Source: an uncultured Actinomycetes bacterium (lineage in GTDB: Bacteria > Actinomycetota > Thermoleophilia > Gaiellales > JAICJC01). Taken from it: DNA of 64,000 nt. The notes beneath the pieces were generated by a model that was given only the letters and a program-made list of their open reading frames with translations, was not told where the DNA came from and searched no databases. The stretch covers positions 50,110 to 114,109 of the forward strand of contig CAWEIS010000002.1 of assembly GCA_963809205.1 (NCBI GenBank), in the 5' to 3' direction. Position 1 is the first letter of the stretch, and each line of letters starts with the position of its first letter. Positions 55,398 to 64,000 of this stretch are shown here, piece after piece. The position numbers and the translations under genes were made by a program.

Positions 55398-56737
55398 GAG
55401 CGGATCACCGAGAGCACGTCGTCGCGCCGTCGCTCCATCGCCTCCTCGGACAGCGCCTCGAGGTTCAGCCGCAGCAGCGGCTCGGTGTTGGACGGGCGCA
55501 CGTTGAAGTGCCAGTCGGCAAACTCGAACGAGATGCCGTCCAGGTGGGAGACGGTCGCGTCGGGGCCGAATCGCTCCTTCAGCTCCTGGAGCTTGAGCGG
55601 GACGTCCTTGACGGTCGAGTTGATCTCCCCCGAGATGAAGTAGCGCTCGCGGAAGGGCGCCAGCAGCTCGGAGAGCTGGCGGCCGCGCTGCGAGATCAGC
55701 TCGAGCAGCACCAGGGCCGGGACGATGCCGGTGTCGCAGTAGTAGAAGTCGCGGAAGTAGTAGTGGCCGGACACCTCGCCGGCGAAGACCGCGTCCTCCT
55801 TGCGCATCCGCGCCTTGATGAACGCATGCCCGACCCGGTTCTCGAGCGGGGTGCCACCCGCCCGCAGCACGGTGTCGCGCACCGCCCACGACGCGCGCAG
55901 GTCGTAGATGATCTTGGCGCCTGGGTTCTTCTCGAGCATCGACTCCGCCAGCAGCGCGGTGATCAGGTCGCCGGGCACGAACTCGCCGGTGTCGTCGACG
56001 AAGAAGCAGCGGTCGGCGTCGCCGTCCCAGGCGATGCCCAGGTCGGCCGACTCGCTGCGCACCTTGCCGACGATGAACTCGCGGTTCTCCTCGAGCAGCG
56101 GGTTCGGCTCGTGGTCGGGGAAGCTGCCGTCCGGGTCCATGAAGCAGGTGACGGCGTCGATCGGCAGCCGGCCGAGCAGCGGCTCGACCATCGGGCCGGC
56201 CATGCCGTTGGCGCCGTCCAGCACAACGCGCATGTTGCCCACCGCGCCGGGATCGATGAACGACAGCGCCTTGTCCGCGAATCCTGCGAGGACGTCGCGC
56301 TCGCTGCGCTCGCCCTGCCGCTTCGGCTCCGGCAGCGGCCCGTCGACGGCCAGCCGCTTGACGTCGCCGAGGCCGGTGTCGCCTCCCACCGGCTGCGCCC
56401 CCCGGCGCACCATCTTCACCCCGTTGTACTGCTTGGGGTTGTGGGACGCGGTGACCTGGACACCGCCCTCGTAGCCGTATTCGCCGACGGCGAAGTAGAG
56501 CATCTCGGTGCCGGTCTGGCCCAGCAGCACGACGTCCGCGCCCTGCTCCTGGGCACCGATGGCCAGGGCCTCGGCCAGGTCGGGCGATGAGAGGCGCATG
56601 TCGCGGCCGATCGCCATCACGCGCGGCTCGAATGCTGCGACGTACGCCCGGCCCACCCGACGCGCGCCGTCGGCGTCGAGCTCATCGGGCACAATCCCCC
56701 TGACGTCGTAGGCCTTGAACACGGACGGGGCGAGCAT
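55394..56737 (-). CDS. phosphomannomutase/phosphoglucomutase
   Basis: MLAPSVFKAYDVRGIV.., catalytic loop VTASHNPKQYNG, metal loop GIAWDGDADR. ATG at 56749 is an alternative start. Confidence 0.9.
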   Translation of the reverse strand: MLAPSVFKAYDVRGIVPDELDADGARRVGRAYVAAFEPRVMAIGRDMRLSSPDLAEALAIGAQEQGADVVLLGQTGTEMLYFAVGEYGYEGGVQVTASHNPKQYNGVKMVRRGAQPVGGDTGLGDVKRLAVDGPLPEPKRQGERSERDVLAGFADKALSFIDPGAVGNMRVVLDGANGMAGPMVEPLLGRLPIDAVTCFMDPDGSFPDHEPNPLLEENREFIVGKVRSESADLGIAWDGDADRCFFVDDTGEFVPGDLITALLAESMLEKNPGAKIIYDLRASWAVRDTVLRAGGTPLENRVGHAFIKARMRKEDAVFAGEVSGHYYFRDFYYCDTGIVPALVLLELISQRGRQLSELLAPFRERYFISGEINSTVKDVPLKLQELKERFGPDATVSHLDGISFEFADWHFNVRPSNTEPLLRLNLEALSEEAMERRRDDVLSVIRS

Positions 56738-57269
56738 CCGCGAGAGCATAGAGCAGGTCGAGTTGCGCCCGGCGCGGGTCGCCGACGCCGCCGACATGGC
56801 CGCGCTGCTCGTCTCGCAGCGCAGCTTCATGGCACCGTTCGACCCGCCTCGCGGCGAGGAGTTCTACACGATCGAGGGCCAGCGCCGGGAGTTCGAGCAG
56901 CTCGAGCTGGCGGCGCTCGCGGGCACCCGCCAGCGCTTCCTGATCCACGACGCCGGCGCCCTGGTCGGCTGGGTGTCCGTAACGAACGTCGTCCGCGGCC
57001 CGTTCCGCAGCGCCAACCTGGGCTACGCCGTGGCGCGCGAGGTGAACGGCCGGGGCATCGCCACGCATGCGGTCGGCGAGGTCTGCCGCTGGGCGTTCGG
57101 CGAGGCCGGCCTGCACCGGCTGGAGGCGGGCACGCTGCTCGACAACCACGCCTCACAGAAGGTGCTCGCAAAGAACGGCTTCGAGCGGATCGGCATCGCC
57201 CGCCGCTACCTGCTGATCAACGGGGACTGGCGCGACCACGTCCTGTTCCAGCGGGTGGCCGACGGGTGA
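56715..57269 (+). CDS. GNAT family N-acetyltransferase (RimJ/RimL-like)
   Basis: ..VELRPARVADAADMAALL..GYAVAREVNGRGIATHAV..LHRLEAGTLLDNHASQKVLAKNGFERIG... The TTG start at 56715 is uncertain and would overlap the divergent phosphomannomutase start. Confidence 0.75.
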   Translation: MNTDGASIRESIEQVELRPARVADAADMAALLVSQRSFMAPFDPPRGEEFYTIEGQRREFEQLELAALAGTRQRFLIHDAGALVGWVSVTNVVRGPFRSANLGYAVAREVNGRGIATHAVGEVCRWAFGEAGLHRLEAGTLLDNHASQKVLAKNGFERIGIARRYLLINGDWRDHVLFQRVADG

Positions 57270-57305
57270 GCGTCACCGTGCGGCCGACGTGTTCGGGCTT
57301 GAGGT

Positions 57306-57593
57306 CTAGCCGGGCAGGCCCTCGCGGGCCGAGTTGAGGGCGATGGCGCGCTCAAGCGCCGCGGCCCGGGCGTCCTCGAGCTTCATCGAGAACTCTTCGT
57401 CCACCGGGTCGAGCAGCGCGATCCGCTGCGGCCGGTCGCCCTCGCGGACAACCTCGACGACGGTGCCCGAGGTGATCGACCGGATGTCGACCTTCCACAG
57501 CTCTAGGCCCCGCCGGCGGTGCCGCGAGACGGCCGCCAGCCCACCCGCAATCAGCGCGACCAGGACAAGCGCGATGAGCACATCGAGCAGCAT
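57306..57593 (-). CDS. small membrane-anchored hypothetical protein
   Basis: MLLDVLIALVLVALIAGGLAAV forms a TM segment, followed by a charged soluble tail. 95 aa. Confidence 0.5.
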   Translation of the reverse strand: MLLDVLIALVLVALIAGGLAAVSRHRRRGLELWKVDIRSITSGTVVEVVREGDRPQRIALLDPVDEEFSMKLEDARAAALERAIALNSAREGLPG

Positions 57594-57602
57594 GCTCCTA
57601 GG

Positions 57603-58109
57603 CTATCGCTCGTCCCAGGCGTCCCGCACGTGCTCGAGCGTGCGCGACAGGTGCTCGGGCATCACCCTGACGTCCGCCAGCACCGGCATGAAGTTCGTAT
57701 CGCCGTTCCAGCGGGGGACGACGTGCATGTGGATGTGCCCCTCGACGCCGGCGCCGGCCACCCGGCCCAGGTTGAGCCCGGCGTTGTACCCGTGCGGCGC
57801 CATCGCCCGGTCGAGGGCGGCGGTCGACCGCGCCATCAGCTCCCACAGCTCGGCGCGCTCGTCCGCGTCGAGATCGCCGGGCGTGGCAACGTGGCGGTAG
57901 GGTGCGACCATCAGGTGGCCGTTCGAGTACGGGTAGAGGTTGAGCAGCACGAAGCAGCGCACGCCGCGGTGGACGATCAGCGCGCTGTCGTCGTCGCCGT
58001 CCTCCGGCTTCGCGCAGAAGATGCAGCGGTCGTCGCCCTTGTCGCTGGAGGCGCCGGCGACGTACTCCAGCCGCCACGGCGCCCACAGCCGCTCCACGCC
58101 TAGATCCAC
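57603..58109 (-). CDS. HIT family protein (Ap4A phosphorylase / nucleotidyl transferase-like)
   Basis: LWAPWRLEYV..CIFC..VLLNLYPYSNGHLMVAPYRH..GHIHMHVVPRWNGDTNFM, which contains the histidine-triad motif. Confidence 0.85.
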   Translation of the reverse strand: MDLGVERLWAPWRLEYVAGASSDKGDDRCIFCAKPEDGDDDSALIVHRGVRCFVLLNLYPYSNGHLMVAPYRHVATPGDLDADERAELWELMARSTAALDRAMAPHGYNAGLNLGRVAGAGVEGHIHMHVVPRWNGDTNFMPVLADVRVMPEHLSRTLEHVRDAWDER

Positions 58110-59098
58110 CTCTTCCAGCGGAAGAAGCCGAGCATGGCGGCCGAGATCAGCAGCATGCCGACGATCACGTCGAAGAAGCCGTGCTGGGCGTGGCTGAACG
58201 GGATGTGCTCGAAGTTCATGCCGTAGATCCCGGTGATCAGCGTCAGCGGCAGGATGATCACGCTGAAGACCGTCAGCACCCGCAGGATGTCGTTCTGGCG
58301 GTGGGCGATCACCGTCTCATTGGTCTGCTCGAGCGCCTCGACGACCTCCTTGTAGTTGTCGAGCTGGTCCCAGATGCGCTCCGAGGAGTCGACGATGTCG
58401 TCGAAGTAGACCTCGAGGTCCTCCGGCAGGTAGCGGGCGCGGACGCGCTCCAGCAGTCGCAGCGTGCTTCGCTCCGGCTTGATGATCTTGCGGTAGGCGA
58501 TGATCTCCTGCTTCGCGTTCGAGATGTCGCGCGCCACGTCCTCGCTGCGCTCCTCCCAGATCGCGTTCTGCAGGCGGTCGAGCTTGAACCCGATCTTGTC
58601 CAGGATCGGGAAGCAGTAGTCGAACGACTCCGAGAGGATCTCGTAGAGCAGGTAGCCCGCGCCCTTCGAGAAGTACTCCTCACGCAGCTCCGAGCTGTTG
58701 GACAGCCGCGAGAACAGCCGGCCGACCGGCTTCAGCGTGATGTTGGGCAGCGTGATGACGTAGTCCGCGCCGACGAAGATGTTCAGCTCGGCGGCGTTGA
58801 GCCTGCCGATCGACTTGTCGAAGTACGGCAGGTGGAGGACCATGAACAGGTAGTCGTCGTACTCGTCGATCTTCGGCCGCTGACGGGTCGACAGCACGTC
58901 CTCGAGGTCGAGCTCGTGGAAGTCGAAGTGCTCGGCAAGCCAGCTGGTCTCGGTGGCCGTCGGCTCCTCGATGTTGAGCCAGCGGACTCCGCCGAACTCG
59001 AGCTCAGCGACCTGCGGCTCGGACCGCTCGACTGGTAGCCGCTGCTGCGCCTGTCGGCGCCGGCGGACTGTCCTCGGGATCCGTGGCAGGTTCGGCAT
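58100..59098 (-). CDS. corA: magnesium/cobalt transporter CorA
   Basis: C-terminal TM pair with the GIYGMNF signature. 332 aa. Confidence 0.9.
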   Translation of the reverse strand: MPNLPRIPRTVRRRRQAQQRLPVERSEPQVAELEFGGVRWLNIEEPTATETSWLAEHFDFHELDLEDVLSTRQRPKIDEYDDYLFMVLHLPYFDKSIGRLNAAELNIFVGADYVITLPNITLKPVGRLFSRLSNSSELREEYFSKGAGYLLYEILSESFDYCFPILDKIGFKLDRLQNAIWEERSEDVARDISNAKQEIIAYRKIIKPERSTLRLLERVRARYLPEDLEVYFDDIVDSSERIWDQLDNYKEVVEALEQTNETVIAHRQNDILRVLTVFSVIILPLTLITGIYGMNFEHIPFSHAQHGFFDVIVGMLLISAAMLGFFRWKRWI

Positions 59099-59141
59099 CC
59101 TGGGTCACCGGTCGAATGTCGGTCGTCATCACGTCTACAGT

Positions 59142-60176
59142 CTACTCGTATGGGGCGTTCGCCGCCCGGACTTCGTGCCCTTCTGGTATCGGCTCGGGGG
59201 CCGCGTTGCCTGAGCGAGCGGGGCGTCCGCGGATCAGGTAGGCGGCCAGCAGCAGCGCGGTCACGGGGCCGACGGCGAGCTTGACCTGGATCGACAGCCC
59301 GGACGGCGTCACGAATCCCTCGATCAGGCCGGCGATGACCAGCAGCGGCACCGTTCCGGCCGCCACAAGTCCGGCCTTGGCGCCCTGGCGGCGCAGCACG
59401 TCGGCGCGCGGCTCGGGACGGGCGCGCACCATGGCGTCGGCCACCGCCAGGCCCGCGCCCCCGGCGATCGCGAACGCGGACAGTTCGAGCAGGCCGTGGG
59501 GCAGGATCAGCGACCAGTACTCGGAGCTGAACCCGTCGTGGTTGACGACGCCGGACAGCACGCCCAGCAGCATCGAGTTGCTGTAGATGATGTAGAGCGT
59601 CAGCAGACCCATCGTCAGCCCGCCGCCGAACGCGTAGAAGCTGACCAGGATGTTGTTGGTGAAGATGCCCGCGGCCTCGGGGCCCATCAGCCCGGCCGGG
59701 ATCGGTTCGTGCTCGAAGTACGCGGCGTCGCGGACGGACGGCGGGAGGAAAGCGGCCGCGCTGACCGGATCGGCAATCGCCCAGGCGAAGGCGGCCAGAG
59801 TGATGGCGATGCCCAGGGAGGCGCAGACCGCGATCGGCCGGCGTAGCTCCCAGACCAGCCGCGGGTAGCCGATCCACAGGAACCCGCCGAAGGCCCGCAG
59901 GCTGCCGCCGCGCGACGGATGGACGGCGGCATGCGCACGCACCACCAGATCGTTGAGGCGGGGGAGCAGCGGGGACAGCGGCTCCCGCGAGCGCAGCACG
60001 GCGACATCGGCCGCGGCCTGCTGGTAGCGCACGCACAGCAGATCGATGCGCGCGGCGGCCATCGTCTTCGGGTGGCGGCGCCGCTCGTCGACCAGCCCCG
60101 CCAGTTCATCCCACAGCGGCGCTCGCGTCGCCGCCCATTGGCGCTCCGACCCGGTCGATATCATCATCGCGACCAC
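59142..60176 (-). CDS. SpoIIM-like (DUF95) integral membrane protein
   Basis: Multi-TM protein with FTNNILVSFYAFGGGLTMGLLTLYIIYSNSMLLGVLSG... Resembles the stage II sporulation protein M family. Confidence 0.65.
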   Translation of the reverse strand: MVAMMISTGSERQWAATRAPLWDELAGLVDERRRHPKTMAAARIDLLCVRYQQAAADVAVLRSREPLSPLLPRLNDLVVRAHAAVHPSRGGSLRAFGGFLWIGYPRLVWELRRPIAVCASLGIAITLAAFAWAIADPVSAAAFLPPSVRDAAYFEHEPIPAGLMGPEAAGIFTNNILVSFYAFGGGLTMGLLTLYIIYSNSMLLGVLSGVVNHDGFSSEYWSLILPHGLLELSAFAIAGGAGLAVADAMVRARPEPRADVLRRQGAKAGLVAAGTVPLLVIAGLIEGFVTPSGLSIQVKLAVGPVTALLLAAYLIRGRPARSGNAAPEPIPEGHEVRAANAPYE

Positions 60177-60208
60177 GCTAGCGGAGGCATAGGCTGTTCA
60201 ACGATCGT

Positions 60209-61162
60209 ATGCAACTGACCACGCCCGGTCGTGTCGTGGTCGACAGGGACATCGCCGGCGTGGGCACCCGCATGCTCGCCCAGGCGATCGACTTGCCCCT
60301 GATCGGGGCCGTGGAGCTGGGTGTTGTCTTCGTCGGCGGCATGCTGTCGGCGGGAAGTGAGTCGCTCGCCCTGGTGTTCATGATCGTCGTCGGCGCGATC
60401 GTGCCCTTCGTCTACTTCATCGTGCCCGAGGGACGCGGTCGCCAGACGCCCGGCAAGAAGGCGCTGCGCGTGCACGTTGTCACCGTCGACGGAGGGCCGA
60501 TCGGCTGGCGCGAGTCGGTGATCCGCAACATCATCCGGCCGATCGACTTCCTGCCCGTGCTGTACGTGCTGGGCGGGTTCGTCGCCGTCGGATCCTCGCG
60601 CAGCCAGCGGCTGGGCGATCACGCCGCCGGCACGGTGTGCGTGCGCATGCCCGAGGAGGGCAACCTGGCGACGCTTGCCTCGTCGGCGCCCACGTTCAGC
60701 GCCGCGGTCGAGTCCCTCAGCGGCGGGGCGCCGGTCGCGCCCTCGTATCCGACGCTGCCGCCCGACCTGGTCCAGGACCTCCGCGTCTACGCCGACCGCG
60801 AGCACGACCTCGAGCCGGATGCGCGAGCCGCCCTGGCCCGCGGGCTGGCCGCGCGGCTGGAGCCGTTCCACCCGCGCCCGGCGGGGATGACGGTGGAGGA
60901 GTTCATCGTCCGGGCGGCCGTGACGTACACCGGCGAGCAGACGCCTGCCTCCGTCGCCGGCTACCCCGAGCTGCCCCCGGGTCTGATCGCGGTGCTCGAG
61001 TTGTTCCGCGCCCGCCGCGGCGATCTCGATCCCGAACGCCGCGACCTGCTGGCCGAGCGGATCGTCGAGCACCTGCGCGCGTACCACCCGCCGCCGCCCG
61101 GCATGGGCGCGGACGAGTTCGTCACCCGCGCGGCGGCGACCTACGCAGCCGGCCGCCGATGA
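60209..61162 (+). CDS. RDD family membrane protein with a duplicated C-terminal soluble module
   Basis: N-terminal RDD domain (RMLAQAIDL..QTPGKKALRVHVVTVDGGPIGWRESVIRNIIRPIDFLP). In the C-terminus the pattern RL/HL..PFHPRPAGMTVEEFIVRAAVTY recurs as YHPPPPGMGADEFVTRAAATY. Confidence 0.75.
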   Translation: MQLTTPGRVVVDRDIAGVGTRMLAQAIDLPLIGAVELGVVFVGGMLSAGSESLALVFMIVVGAIVPFVYFIVPEGRGRQTPGKKALRVHVVTVDGGPIGWRESVIRNIIRPIDFLPVLYVLGGFVAVGSSRSQRLGDHAAGTVCVRMPEEGNLATLASSAPTFSAAVESLSGGAPVAPSYPTLPPDLVQDLRVYADREHDLEPDARAALARGLAARLEPFHPRPAGMTVEEFIVRAAVTYTGEQTPASVAGYPELPPGLIAVLELFRARRGDLDPERRDLLAERIVEHLRAYHPPPPGMGADEFVTRAAATYAAGRR

Positions 61163-61908
61163 CCGGCGATGTCGGCCGCCGCCCGATGGACATCGGCGCC
61201 CTGCTCGACGTGGCATTCGGCCTCTACCGCAGATACTTTGTCGCCATCGTCGGCACCGCGGCGGTGGTCACCGTCCCGCTGGCGCTGCTCGAGTCGCCGC
61301 TCGCGATCTCCGACAGCGACAACGCGTCGCTGGTTTCCACGCCGATCGAGTACGTGATGGGGTTCCTGATCGCGGCACCGATCGCCGTGGCGATCGACAT
61401 GGGTGCCCGCGGTGAGACGCCGACGATCGCCGGTGCCTGGCGCCGGACCGGCCCCCGTCTGGGCGGCCTGATCCTGGCCATGGTGCTGACGCTGCTGGCG
61501 ATCATGCTGGGGCTGCTGGCGGTGCTGGTGGGCGCGATCGTGGTCAGCGTGCTGCTGGCGCTGACGGCGCCGGCGCTGGTCGTCGAGTCGCTCAGCGCGA
61601 CCGACGCGATGCGCCGCAGCCGGCGCCTGGTGTCGGGGTCGTTCTGGCGCGTGCTTGGGATCATCGTGGTCGCCAACATCGTCGTCAGCATCGCCAACAT
61701 CGCGCTGGAGGGGGCCGCTCGCGCGATCGGCCTTGCGGCGAGCAGCGAGGACCTGGCACTGATCGGCGCCGTGCTGGTCACCAGCCTGCTGGTCAAGCCG
61801 TTCGGCGTGCTGGTCACCGTGCTCCTGTACTTCGACCAGCGGCTGCGGCGGGAGGGTACCGACGTCGAGGCGGCGATCGACGCGCTCGGCCCGCCGGTGG
61901 CCAGGTGA
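61159..61908 (+). CDS. hypothetical polytopic membrane protein
   Basis: ATGA overlap with the RDD gene. MTGDVGRRPMDIGALLDVAFGLYRRYFVAIVG.., then several TM segments and ..VLLYFDQRLRREG... Confidence 0.6.
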   Translation: MTGDVGRRPMDIGALLDVAFGLYRRYFVAIVGTAAVVTVPLALLESPLAISDSDNASLVSTPIEYVMGFLIAAPIAVAIDMGARGETPTIAGAWRRTGPRLGGLILAMVLTLLAIMLGLLAVLVGAIVVSVLLALTAPALVVESLSATDAMRRSRRLVSGSFWRVLGIIVVANIVVSIANIALEGAARAIGLAASSEDLALIGAVLVTSLLVKPFGVLVTVLLYFDQRLRREGTDVEAAIDALGPPVAR

Positions 61909-62540
61909 GCGCAGACGCACTGGTCGCACGCGCCGGCGCAGCGGCGCACCGGTCGGCCGGTGACCTCGACGCCGCCCGCAGCGCGGCGGCCGACAGCATC
62001 CAGCAGCCGGGCACGCATCACGAGAGCCTGCTCACCCGCTTGCTGAACTGGATCGGCGACCAACTTGCACGGCTGTTGCCCGACGTCTCGTTCGGCGGCG
62101 GCGGAGGAGTCGCCGGGTTCGTCACCTGGATCGTGCTGGCGGCGCTCGCGGCCGGGTGCATCTACGCGATCGTGCGGGCGGTCCGCGACCGCCCTGCGCG
62201 CCGCCGGCGCGATCCAGGGCCGGCAGCGGAACGGCTCACCGACCTGCCGCTCGACCGGGCACGCACGCAGGCCCTGCGGCTGGCCGACGCCGACCCGGTG
62301 GCGGCGCTGCGTCTGCTCTACCCGGCACTGATCGCCGAGCTCCTGCGCCGCAGGGGCTGGCGGGCGGTCGCCGGGCGCACCAACTGGTCGGTCGTCCGCC
62401 GCGTCGGGTCGCGGACGCCGCAGGGGTCGGCGCTGACCGAATGCACCAGGCTCTTCGAGAGCGCGGTCTACGGCCGCCGGCCGGCGAGCCGCGACGACGT
62501 CGTCCGCGTGGACGAGCTGTCCCCGGCGGTGCTGGCATGA
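61905..62540 (+). CDS. DUF4129 domain-containing protein
   Basis: One TM segment (FVTWIVLAALAAGCIYAIV), then ..LLYPALIAELLRRRGWRAVAGRTNWSVV..FESAVYGRRPASRDDV.., typical of DUF4129. 4-nt overlap with the upstream gene. Confidence 0.65.
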   Translation: MSADALVARAGAAAHRSAGDLDAARSAAADSIQQPGTHHESLLTRLLNWIGDQLARLLPDVSFGGGGGVAGFVTWIVLAALAAGCIYAIVRAVRDRPARRRRDPGPAAERLTDLPLDRARTQALRLADADPVAALRLLYPALIAELLRRRGWRAVAGRTNWSVVRRVGSRTPQGSALTECTRLFESAVYGRRPASRDDVVRVDELSPAVLA

Positions 62541-63565
62541 GCCTCAGCCGCGACGCGATCATCCTGATCTGCCTCGTGATCGTCCTCGCCGTCGGCACGC
62601 TGGCGCTCAGCTCGGGGTCGAAGTCCGCCGGGCCGCCGTACCAGCTTTCCGGGCACGGCCCGGTGCTCGGGCTCTCGGGACTCGGTGCGGGGCTGGTGGC
62701 GGCCGACGTCGACGTCAGGCGCGGCGTGCGGCCGACGCTCGGGACGCAGGGGCTGACGGTGCTCGTCCAGCCGCAGGAGTTCAGCCGCGATGAGGCAGCC
62801 CAGTGGCGCCGGGCGATCGGCGACGGGGCGACGGTGCTGCTGGCGGCGAGCCGTCCGAACGCCCTGACCAGAACGCTCGGACTGCAGTACGGCCCGGGCG
62901 GCGTGACGACTGCGACCGACGCCGGCGCTCGCGCGTTCCCGGATGCGACCTTCCCGAGCACGGTGGAGCCGGCGTTCGCGGCGACGCCGGACGGCAGCGA
63001 GGTGCTGGTGGAGAGCCCGGGCGGCCCGGCCATGGTCGTCATCCCGCTCGGCAAGGGGGCGGTGTGGGCCGCCTCGTCGCCGCGCTGGCTGACCAATGCG
63101 GGGATCGATAACACCGGGCTGCCGATCGCGTTGCCGCTGGCCAACGCGGCGGGCGGCGCGGTGACCGTCGACGAGTTCCACCACGGCGCCGGGCCGCGCG
63201 GCGGGACGTTCGGCTACCTGCCCGCCGGTCTGCAGCTGGCGCTGCTCGAGTCGGCGATCATCGCGGCCGCGGTGCTGCTGACGGTCGCCCGACGGCTCGG
63301 GCCGGCGGTGGCGGACGATGAGGGGCACCAGCCGAGCACGGCGGAGCTGGCCCGGTCGATGGGCGCGATGTACCGCGCCGGGTCGCGGGTGGAGGCGGCG
63401 ACCGCAGCGCTCGGCGGCCAGCTGCGACGGCGCGCCGGCGGGCTCGCCGGGCGCGTCGAGGGCCCTCTGGTGGCGCTCGAGTCGGCGCCGGACGAGCGGC
63501 AGGCGGTGGCGGCGTGGCACACGGCGGACGAGGCGACGAGGAGGGTGACCGGTGCAGGTACGTGA
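62537..63565 (+). CDS. DUF4350-like membrane-anchored protein
   Basis: ATGA overlap. MSLSRDAIILICLVIVLAVGTLAL.. followed by a periplasmic-type domain and a second TM segment (LALLESAIIAAAVLLTVA). Family call by eye and by its conserved position upstream of MoxR. Confidence 0.55.
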   Translation: MSLSRDAIILICLVIVLAVGTLALSSGSKSAGPPYQLSGHGPVLGLSGLGAGLVAADVDVRRGVRPTLGTQGLTVLVQPQEFSRDEAAQWRRAIGDGATVLLAASRPNALTRTLGLQYGPGGVTTATDAGARAFPDATFPSTVEPAFAATPDGSEVLVESPGGPAMVVIPLGKGAVWAASSPRWLTNAGIDNTGLPIALPLANAAGGAVTVDEFHHGAGPRGGTFGYLPAGLQLALLESAIIAAAVLLTVARRLGPAVADDEGHQPSTAELARSMGAMYRAGSRVEAATAALGGQLRRRAGGLAGRVEGPLVALESAPDERQAVAAWHTADEATRRVTGAGT

Positions 63566-64000
63566 GTTCTTCGAGGCCGGCCGTGAAGCGCTGGGCCGGG
63601 TCGTGGTGGGGAACGAGGAGACCGTCGACGGCCTGCTCGCCGCGCTGGTGCTGGAGGGCCACGTCCTGATCGAGGGCCCGCCGGGCACGGCCAAGACCCT
63701 GCTCGCGCGGTCTCTGGCGCGGATCGCCGGCCTCGGCTTCGCCCGCGTGCAGTTCACCCCCGACCTGATGCCGGCCGATCTGACGGGGACGCTGGTCTGG
63801 GTGCCCGGCGAAGGGAAGTTCGAGCTGCGCCGGGGGCCGATCTTCGCCTCGGTGATCGTCGCCGATGAGATCAACCGCACGCCGCCCAAGACGCAGGCCG
63901 CGCTGCTCGAGGCGATGGAGGAGGGCCGGGTGACCATCGAGGGCGAGACGCTCGACCTGCCGCGCCCGTTCGTCGTCTGTGCCACCGAGAACCCGATCGA
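63552..64000 (+). CDS. MoxR-like AAA+ ATPase (partial, runs off window end)
   Basis: VQVREFFEAGREALGRVVVGNEETVDGLLAALVLEGHVLIEGPPGTAKTLLARSLA..VIVADEINRTPPKTQAALLEAMEE.. shows Walker A and B motifs. The GTG start overlaps the upstream gene. Confidence 0.9.
   Translation, partial: MQVREFFEAGREALGRVVVGNEETVDGLLAALVLEGHVLIEGPPGTAKTLLARSLARIAGLGFARVQFTPDLMPADLTGTLVWVPGEGKFELRRGPIFASVIVADEINRTPPKTQAALLEAMEEGRVTIEGETLDLPRPFVVCATENPI

Overview
Very GC-rich, actinobacterium-like chromosomal segment; I cannot assign a taxon from sequence alone. A tRNA-Met(CAT) gene at 27362-27434 (minus strand) splits it into two different halves.

RIGHT HALF (27.5-64 kb): intact, tightly packed housekeeping genes, many translationally coupled.
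- In order: Crp/Fnr regulator, pdxS-pdxT, yebC-like, dedA, ruvC-ruvA-ruvB, queA-tgt, fused secDF, recJ, relA.
- Then PH-domain, YjbR, GAF, thioesterase, phosphomannomutase, GNAT, HIT and corA genes.
- Then a SpoIIM-like / RDD / DUF4129 / DUF4350 / MoxR cluster that runs off the window end.
- About 10 kb sits between secDF and recJ. It holds an HD-GYP protein, lipoproteins, a UbiB-like kinase, and a divergent gene set: deacetylase + ATP-grasp on one strand, GT4 glycosyltransferase + AP-superfamily phosphodiesterase + HExxH lipoprotein on the other. This is my best candidate for an undescribed small pathway.

LEFT HALF (0-27 kb): looks accessory and decaying.
- Three intact class III cyclase-domain signalling proteins: two with P-loop ATPase + TPR, one fused to an alpha/beta hydrolase.
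- A giant Ser/Thr-kinase - cyclase - TM - beta-propeller - solute-binding-protein gene broken by two 1-nt frameshifts.
- A frameshifted FAD oxidoreductase.
- Gene remnants: Rieske, cyclase tail, glucosidase-like, thioredoxin-reductase-like, antiporter.
- An orphan Rieske protein and a dihaem cytochrome c.
- The most striking signal is about 16 copies of an unclassified 105-115 nt GC-rich repeat at 9 intergenic loci. All copies are in the same orientation. Several abut truncated genes.

Most long ORFs in the six-frame track are antisense or out-of-frame shadows typical of high-GC DNA. I do not call them.
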